This document shows, in pieces, positions 8,155-13,558 of a stretch of 16,100 nucleotides of DNA. Each line of letters opens with the position of its first letter. Positions within the stretch are counted from its first letter, which is position 1. The DNA lies in the NCBI GenBank assembly GCA_964586355.1, contig CAZPGO010000018.1:1-16100 (forward strand), given 5' to 3'. The position numbers and the translations under genes were made by a program. Under the pieces are notes generated by a model. That model was not told the DNA's origin. It was given only the letters and a program-made list of their open reading frames with translations, and did no database searches. The stretch comes from an uncultured archaeon. Lineage in GTDB: Archaea > Iainarchaeota > Iainarchaeia > Iainarchaeales > CSSED10-239.

Positions 8155-9332
8155 TAAATTTTATTTCTATCTTCTAAATTCTTTAAAACAATTAACTTCA
8201 TTAACTTTGTAAATTCAAAATCATTTCTTCTTTCAGAAAGTTTTGTTTGTCTCATATAAACATCAAAATAACCTGCAGGGATATTAACTAGCGGAAAACC
8301 AAACTTTACTAGAATTACAGAAAAGATAGCTCTTGAAGTTCTGCTATTTCCATCAATAAAAGGATGTATTCTTTGAAATTCATTATGCAAGTATGCTGCT
8401 TGTTCTATTATTTTACTTGGTTTTTCTTTTTTTGACATTACTTCTAATAATGTTTTATTAAACTTATCTAAAGACAAAGACAATTCTTTCCAATCTGTTG
8501 TTTTAAAATTAGGATTTCCTTTTATGATTACATTTTGTTCTCTAATTTTACCTACGCCGTAATCTAATGAGGCCATTGCAATCTTATGAAAAGCTAATAT
8601 ATTTTCTAAATTAATATCTTTAGTTAAAAGAAAATTTAAAGCAGTTTTGTAATTTTCAGTTTGTTGAATATCCTTATATAAAGGAACATTAGGAGTTATA
8701 TTTTCTCTTAATAACTTTTCTGTTTGCGGTAAAGTTAAAGTAATTCCTTCTAAAGATAAACTTGTATATACAAAATTAATGTGATCAGGTAAAGAAATCT
8801 TTTGTTTTTTTTTATATCTTGAATATTCTTTTTCTATCTTTGTATCAATGTCTAAATCATCATAATCTAATTTTGTTTTAGTATTTATATTTAAGAAAAA
8901 CTTAATTAATAAATCAGTAAAATTAGAAGGAATTATTCTTGCTTTTAATGGCCTTTTTGATTCTATAAATACCATTCCTGCTTTTGATAAATAATCGTTA
9001 TATTTTTTAATAGTTTTACTGTTAAACAAAGTAATATCTAAATATTTTTTAGAATAACCAGATGAAAGATATTTTGCTATATTTTTAGAAACAATTACAT
9101 TATAGTCTAAACCATTTTTAAAACAAAAATAAACTAATGAGAAAAGCTCTTGTGATTTTTGTTTATTTATTGAATAATGGTTGTTATCATTTATAACTAA
9201 GCTTTCTTCTTGTAATTTATTTAGATTATTATAAATTGATAAATAAGTAGCAGACGGAAGTTCTTCTCTTATCTCTTTTATTGTTTTTTTTGATAAAGCA
9301 ATTATTAAAAAAACATCTAGTTTTGTTGGCAT
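8154..9332 (-). CDS. Fic/DOC family protein with an N-terminal winged-helix-like domain
   Basis: The Fic active-site motif HPFIDGNSRTSRA matches HxFx(D/E)GN(G/K)RxxR, with Ser in place of Gly. An upstream S-x-x-x-E-G element (SLSLEG) matches the class II auto-inhibitory helix motif. The N-terminal roughly 60 aa (KKTIKEIREELPSATYLSIYNNLNKLQEESLV) looks like a wHTH. Its stop overlaps the tgt start (TAATG). Confidence 0.85.
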   Translation of the reverse strand: MPTKLDVFLIIALSKKTIKEIREELPSATYLSIYNNLNKLQEESLVINDNNHYSINKQKSQELFSLVYFCFKNGLDYNVIVSKNIAKYLSSGYSKKYLDITLFNSKTIKKYNDYLSKAGMVFIESKRPLKARIIPSNFTDLLIKFFLNINTKTKLDYDDLDIDTKIEKEYSRYKKKQKISLPDHINFVYTSLSLEGITLTLPQTEKLLRENITPNVPLYKDIQQTENYKTALNFLLTKDINLENILAFHKIAMASLDYGVGKIREQNVIIKGNPNFKTTDWKELSLSLDKFNKTLLEVMSKKEKPSKIIEQAAYLHNEFQRIHPFIDGNSRTSRAIFSVILVKFGFPLVNIPAGYFDVYMRQTKLSERRNDFEFTKLMKLIVLKNLEDRNKI

Positions 9333-9422
9333 ATAATAGATATAGGATAGGAATTGTTTATAAATTATTACTATTTGGTAATAAAAGTATAGTTTTTATA
9401 TATATTTAGTACTAAATAGCAC

Positions 9423-10262
9423 TTAAATTATAAAAATATTATAAATCAAAATAGAAACAACACCTAGAAGTATATAGATTCCAAACCTTGGAAGATAATC
9501 ATAGATGGGAATTGATTTATATCCTAATTTCTTAATCTTCTCAATATCTTCTATTTCTAGAACTGCTCTTTTTTCTAGACCTGTTTCTTTTAATAAATCT
9601 TTATTACAAAACTCAATAGCTAAAACGTCTCCTTCTTCAAGTTTTGAAATTGGTTTTCTTCTTAAATAAATAAACTCTTTAACTTCATCTTCTAGAACCA
9701 TAACAATACAACCAAAAAACATTGGTGGGATTGTTAGGTATAGGTATTCAGGTAATCCTTCTTTAGCTACTGCATAGAAACACAATGCTAAGAAAAGAAC
9801 AAAGAAAAGGAGTGATTGAATTATTTTTCCTTTCTTTTTTTCTAATAATTCTTTTGTTATTTTTATTTTCCCATATAGTTTAATTATATAAGTTACTGAA
9901 ACAAACAACACTGACAAAAGAGAAGAAGCAATAATTGCCCATAAGATAAATAGTTGTCCTCCTAGATACGGTAAGATCATATGTATTCCAAGAAACAACT
10001 TAATATCCCCTCCACCAATCTTTCCATAATAGTAGGCGATGTAGCCAAAGACATAGATTGCTAGAGCTATTAAGAGAATTGACAATACATCCAGCCAATA
10101 GAAAGTAAAAAGATTAATAATTAATCCAATCACTATCAATGGAAGACTTATCCAATCAAATATATATCCTGTCTTATTATCATAATATGCCGCTAAACCA
10201 ACTGCAAGCAATAATGCAATAACTCTAATAATAAAAATTGTATCAAACATCATAGCACTCAC
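9423..10262 (-). CDS. A24-family aspartic peptidase (archaeal prepilin/preflagellin peptidase, PibD/FlaK/EppA-like)
   Basis: The 279 aa polytopic membrane protein has a first Asp region (AAYYDNKTGYIFDW) after TM1 and the second catalytic motif GGGDIKL (GxGD). A soluble insert of about 60-70 aa sits before the last TM helix, as in FlaK-type enzymes. Confidence 0.75.
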   Translation of the reverse strand: MSAMMFDTIFIIRVIALLLAVGLAAYYDNKTGYIFDWISLPLIVIGLIINLFTFYWLDVLSILLIALAIYVFGYIAYYYGKIGGGDIKLFLGIHMILPYLGGQLFILWAIIASSLLSVLFVSVTYIIKLYGKIKITKELLEKKKGKIIQSLLFFVLFLALCFYAVAKEGLPEYLYLTIPPMFFGCIVMVLEDEVKEFIYLRRKPISKLEEGDVLAIEFCNKDLLKETGLEKRAVLEIEDIEKIKKLGYKSIPIYDYLPRFGIYILLGVVSILIYNIFII

Positions 10263-10317
10263 AAATAATTAACCACAAACAAATTTAAAAAGATGTTTGT
10301 TTTTTATAAATCAAAAT

Positions 10318-11820
10318 TTAAGATAATTGATATATTTTATTTATTTTTCTAAGATAATAATTGGCATTTTTAATTTGCTCAGTTATAAAAATTCTTTTCC
10401 CAGTAAGTAATATTTTATTAATCATGAAGATAGATTTAAACAAATTAACAAAAATATAATTTCGGGTTTTATTTAAAGAAAAACCAAACCATTTATTTAA
10501 AAGAAAAGCATCAGCCCCTAGAACTCTAAAATATCTACCAACATCTAATAAAACAATTATATTTTCTTGATTGTTCTTAAAAAATAGACTCTGGTTTTGA
10601 AAATCAGTAATATTGTTTGAATATTTATCTGTTATTTTATTATTTTCAAAAATAAAAAAATTAAGTAAGAAAGGATTATCCTGCTTTAGCTTTATAATTA
10701 ACTTTTCACTTTTAGTGTATTTAAGATAACCTAAATAACTATTTATTGATCTTATAAACGCAGACGTAAATTTAAAATCAATTACCTGAATGTTATTTAC
10801 AAAATAATGACTTTTCTTCTTAAATTTATTTACTTTTCTAAAAATGTTATTCACCACTCTGTTCCTTGGTAAAAGATAGCTTGGTTTAATTATGTAACCT
10901 ACAAAATTTATTCCTGATGTTATTGGTTTTAGAATAGTTATTGGTTTTAATTTAAGATCTAGTTTCTCTTTTATAAACTCCTCAATCTTTTTTTTCAAAA
11001 GTAAAAGTTCTTCTTTTGATTTTGAAAGTATTATAAAATCATCAACATATCTTACATAGTGTTTAATTTTCAGTTCATGTTTAATGTATTGATCTAATTT
11101 ATTAAGATAAACGTTTGCAAAAAATTGACTTGTTAAATTGCCTATTGGTAGCCCTTTATTCTCATTTACATTAAAAAGAGTTTTATGTTCTGGAACACCT
11201 GCTTTTTTCCAAGTTAATCCTTTTTGAAAATAGTTGTTTGTTGGATTATGAAAGATTATAGTTTTTGTAAGCCAAAGCCAATTTTTATCTTTTATTTTTT
11301 TACTTAACATGTTAAATAATATATTTTTATCAATACTCATAAAAAAATTATGAATATCTAGTTGTAAAAAATACGCTTTTTCTTTTGAGTTTTTTGTAAT
11401 TTGTCTAGTGAAAGTTTGTGCTCTTTTTACTGCTTTTAAAGTTCCTTTATCTTTTCTACAAGCATAACTATCATAAATAAATATTTTTTCATAAGTGGGA
11501 TTTAAATAATTATAAAGTAGATGATGAATAACTCTATCTTTAAAATCAGCAGCAAAAACCTCTCTTGGTTTTGGATCAGTTATGGAAAAACAAACAGAGC
11601 GAGCTGGTATATATGTTTTATTATTTAAACAAACTACCAACTCTTGTAAATTACTTTCCAGATTGACTTCAAATTTTAAAGCATTAATTGTATTTCTTTT
11701 ATTTTTTCTACAATCTTTATATGCTTTATAAAGCTCCTCAAAAGTAAACTCATGTTCACGGACACAACGCACTTGTTTATCATTAGTCTTATTGTTGTTG
11801 TTGATGTTTCCATTGTTCAT
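10318..11820 (-). CDS. DGR-type reverse transcriptase with a C-terminal MutS-domain-I-like extension
   Basis: RT motifs present are PREVFAADFKDRVIHH, FLQLDIHNFFMSID, LPIGNLTSQFFANVYL (the [ILV]GxxxSQ signature of DGR RTs, aa 225-232), YVRYVDDFIIL (YxDD, aa 258-261) and INFVGYII. Residues about 405-482 resemble MutS domain I. The first roughly 23 codons lie inside the TR, so the true start is uncertain. Confidence 0.9.
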   Translation of the reverse strand: MNNGNINNNNKTNDKQVRCVREHEFTFEELYKAYKDCRKNKRNTINALKFEVNLESNLQELVVCLNNKTYIPARSVCFSITDPKPREVFAADFKDRVIHHLLYNYLNPTYEKIFIYDSYACRKDKGTLKAVKRAQTFTRQITKNSKEKAYFLQLDIHNFFMSIDKNILFNMLSKKIKDKNWLWLTKTIIFHNPTNNYFQKGLTWKKAGVPEHKTLFNVNENKGLPIGNLTSQFFANVYLNKLDQYIKHELKIKHYVRYVDDFIILSKSKEELLLLKKKIEEFIKEKLDLKLKPITILKPITSGINFVGYIIKPSYLLPRNRVVNNIFRKVNKFKKKSHYFVNNIQVIDFKFTSAFIRSINSYLGYLKYTKSEKLIIKLKQDNPFLLNFFIFENNKITDKYSNNITDFQNQSLFFKNNQENIIVLLDVGRYFRVLGADAFLLNKWFGFSLNKTRNYIFVNLFKSIFMINKILLTGKRIFITEQIKNANYYLRKINKIYQLS

Positions 11821-11856
11821 ATTGATGTTGTAGGCATTACCTGCCCCATACTCCGT
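11753..11856 (-). repeat. DGR template repeat (TR)
   Basis: The 104 nt align without gaps to 12535..12638 (offset +782). On the coding strand the TR is adenine-rich (about 43 A by my count). In the VR frame it reads T E Y G A G N A Y N I N M N N G N I N N N N K T N D K Q V R C V R E, with 11 AAY codons. Confidence 0.92.
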
Positions 11857-11990
11857 CGTGTTCTTTTGTGAAAGATCTTTTATTAAAAAATTTCATCTTT
11901 TATTACAAAAGTAGAAATTAATTAAATTTACTTTACTACCATCTAGGTGTCTTTCATCACCATGAATAACCGCTCTTGTAAAACTGCTTT

Positions 11991-12377
11991 TTATTTCACA
12001 TTTACAATTCCGGGCGTCTCTGTTTGTTCTCGCTTTTGCGAGCATAATAGCCAATTGTTGGCTTGAGTGGTAAGATTAGTTATTAATTTTGAAACATACC
12101 CGTGTGAATTTTTATTAGGAAAACCATTTATCTCTTGACATAATCTTACAACTAATTTTAATTCTTCAATTAGAATTATCAATTCTTGAATATCTGCAAT
12201 TTTTTTATTAGATACATTTGCTCTTATTACTTGCATTGCTATTTGTCTGGATTTGTTTTTTAGATCAGTTCCTATTGTAAACTTATTACCTTTATCAAAA
12301 TTTTTAACAATTTTTTCAAAATACACAGCCAAATCAAAAGAGGACTTATAAATTGCGAGGTTTTCATAATTAACCAT
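11991..12377 (-). CDS. avd: Avd-like accessory variability determinant (four-helix-bundle protein)
   Basis: The 128 aa protein sits between the target gene and the TR, as avd does in BPP-1. The N-terminal pattern YKSSFDLAVYFEKIVKNFDKGNKFTIGTDLKNKSRQIAMQVIRAN fits the four-helix-bundle (23S rRNA IVS-protein-like) family that includes Avd. Confidence 0.72.
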   Translation of the reverse strand: MVNYENLAIYKSSFDLAVYFEKIVKNFDKGNKFTIGTDLKNKSRQIAMQVIRANVSNKKIADIQELIILIEELKLVVRLCQEINGFPNKNSHGYVSKLITNLTTQANNWLLCSQKREQTETPGIVNVK

Positions 12378-12429
12378 TCTTAATCACACCACAGTTACCT
12401 TTTGCATTTTTCAAAAAAATTGCAACAAA

Positions 12430-12521
12430 AGTCACACCCCGCTGGGATGTGACTTTACAGACTCCCAAAACAAGACAACCGCTGGTTGTCTTGTTGTCTT
12501 TGACAAGCTTTGCTTGTCAAA
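12430..12521 (-). other. Three consecutive stem-loops immediately 3' of the VR/target stop codon
   Basis: Hairpin 1 (12430..12454): agtcaca-c-ccc / gct / ggg-a-tgtgact, 10 bp with one mismatch. Hairpin 2 (12469..12495): aacaagacaacc / gct / ggttgtcttgtt, 12 bp perfect. Hairpin 3 (12499..12521): tttgacaagc / ttt / gcttgtcaaa, 10 bp perfect. Hairpins 1 and 2 share the apex ccgctgg. Confidence 0.8.
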
Positions 12522-12530
12522 AACCATTGC

Positions 12531-13382
12531 TTACTGGTCACGGACACAACGCACTCGTCCACCATTGGTCTTATCGGTGCTCTTGATGGCCCCAGGCTTC
12601 ATATCGATGCTGTAGGCACTACCTGCCCCAGACTCCGTGCTTGACCAATAATCGTCACTTACTAACGAGACAAAGTTACTGTTTGTCGCTAAAATTGCTG
12701 CATTCATACAAGCATTAGATTTAGTTTGCGCAGTACATGCCTCCCAAATAATCATTAACTGACTAGCAGATGGAAGATACCAATCTGTGTAACCATTTGA
12801 ATCTAAATTATCACAATAATCCATTGCTTGTTGCCAATTCATAGTAGTTGTGTTTTGATCTGGCTGAATGTATAGCTTGCTATTCCCAAACATCACATAT
12901 GGCAAATCAACAATCGGCGCTGTGTAGTTGTTGGTTATGTTTTTTATACCTATATATTGATTGCTTGTTGTCTGTAAAATGATTGTGACTTTGGTGTTAG
13001 TAGTTAACCCTAACTTAGAAAAATCTGTTAAGGAGATAACATTTGTTCCTTGCTTTAAGGTGTAAGGGGATGAAAGATTGGTGTCTGAACTTTCTCCAGC
13101 ATCGGAAATTACCTTATATTTACTTATTACTAATTCTCCAAAATTACTTTGAGGAGAATAACTGAATTGAAGAACTCCGTCTTGTAAGGCTTTTGGATAA
13201 ATAAAAGCTTCTGCATCGGATTGAGTAAGTTCAGCAACTGTTGTTTTATTTAAGGCATCAGTTGTAAACATCTTTCCCCAATTTAAGACAATAGTCACTA
13301 AAATGACTGCAACAACGATTAACAGAATTGCTGCAATCAATGGAGAAACAGATTTTTTTCTAAAGTTTAATTTTGATTTCAT
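12531..13382 (-). CDS. DGR target protein: class III signal peptide (archaeal type IV pilin N-terminus) plus a DUF1566/C-type-lectin-fold-like variable C-terminal domain
   Basis: The N-terminus RKKSVSPLIAAILLIVVAVILVTIVLNW matches the archaeal pilin N-terminal pattern (R/K-x-x-SP-hydrophobic helix). The C-terminal half, MNWQQAMDYCDNLDSNGYTDWYLPSASQLMIIWE...DYWSST, resembles DUF1566 (Lcl C-terminal-like) domains known as DGR targets. The VR covers the final 34 codons. A GAGGT Shine-Dalgarno-like box lies about 10 nt upstream of the ATG. Confidence 0.85.
   Translation of the reverse strand: MKSKLNFRKKSVSPLIAAILLIVVAVILVTIVLNWGKMFTTDALNKTTVAELTQSDAEAFIYPKALQDGVLQFSYSPQSNFGELVISKYKVISDAGESSDTNLSSPYTLKQGTNVISLTDFSKLGLTTNTKVTIILQTTSNQYIGIKNITNNYTAPIVDLPYVMFGNSKLYIQPDQNTTTMNWQQAMDYCDNLDSNGYTDWYLPSASQLMIIWEACTAQTKSNACMNAAILATNSNFVSLVSDDYWSSTESGAGSAYSIDMKPGAIKSTDKTNGGRVRCVRDQ
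12535..12638 (-). repeat. DGR variable repeat (VR) at the 3' end of the target gene
   Basis: 84 of 104 positions are identical to the TR. Of the 20 differences, 17 fall where the TR coding strand has A. The 3' (coding-direction) 17 nt gtgcgttgtgtccgtga are identical in both and GC-rich, which is IMH-like. The VR encodes TESGAGSAYSIDMKPGAIKSTDKTNGGRVRCVRD, the last residues of the target. Confidence 0.92.
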
Positions 13383-13477
13383 TTTTTATTGACCTCTATT
13401 CTTTTTTTTCTTTTTTTTCTTTTATTGCCTTTTCTCTCTTTACTTATTAATAAAATAATAAAATAAATAGAAGAAAG

Positions 13478-13495
13478 ATATATATATATATATAT
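13478..13495. repeat. (AT)9 dinucleotide microsatellite
   Basis: The run atatatatatatatatat lies in the intergenic region between the srp54 stop and the DGR target gene start, about 100 nt upstream of the target ATG. Confidence 0.8.
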
Positions 13496-13558
13496 TGGTT
13501 TTTCAAGTGATTATTAAAAAAAAAGAGAATTAAAAAAAAAAAGATAGTTTGTAAAAAA

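Larger units (their letters stand above)
10318..13382 (-). mobile_element. Diversity-generating retroelement (DGR) cassette: target(VR)-avd-TR-RT
   Basis: All four canonical parts are co-oriented in the BPP-1-like order. See the individual features below. Confidence 0.92.

Noticed and set aside
10318-11820. The RT as a retron or group II intron reverse transcriptase
   Set aside because: There is no msr/msd-like inverted-repeat structure and no intron domain V/VI or maturase X/En domains. The IGNLTSQ motif, the adjacent Avd-like gene and the adenine-specific TR/VR pair instead point specifically to a DGR.
11875-11910. Direct repeat atcttttatta(a/c)aaaa (two copies, period 20) just upstream (coding direction) of the TR, as a possible promoter or RT-binding element
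   Set aside because: It is a short A/T-only sequence in a very AT-rich genome, so it cannot be told apart from chance by eye. It is worth revisiting only if conserved in related DGRs.
11995-12065. Relatively GC-rich patch (cgggcgtctctgtttgttctcgcttttgcgagc...) considered as a tRNA/ncRNA or a second TR
   Set aside because: It lies in frame within the 3' end of the Avd-like ORF. I could not draw a cloverleaf, and it has no similarity to the VR. It may still be part of the structured DGR RNA, but that cannot be supported from the sequence alone.
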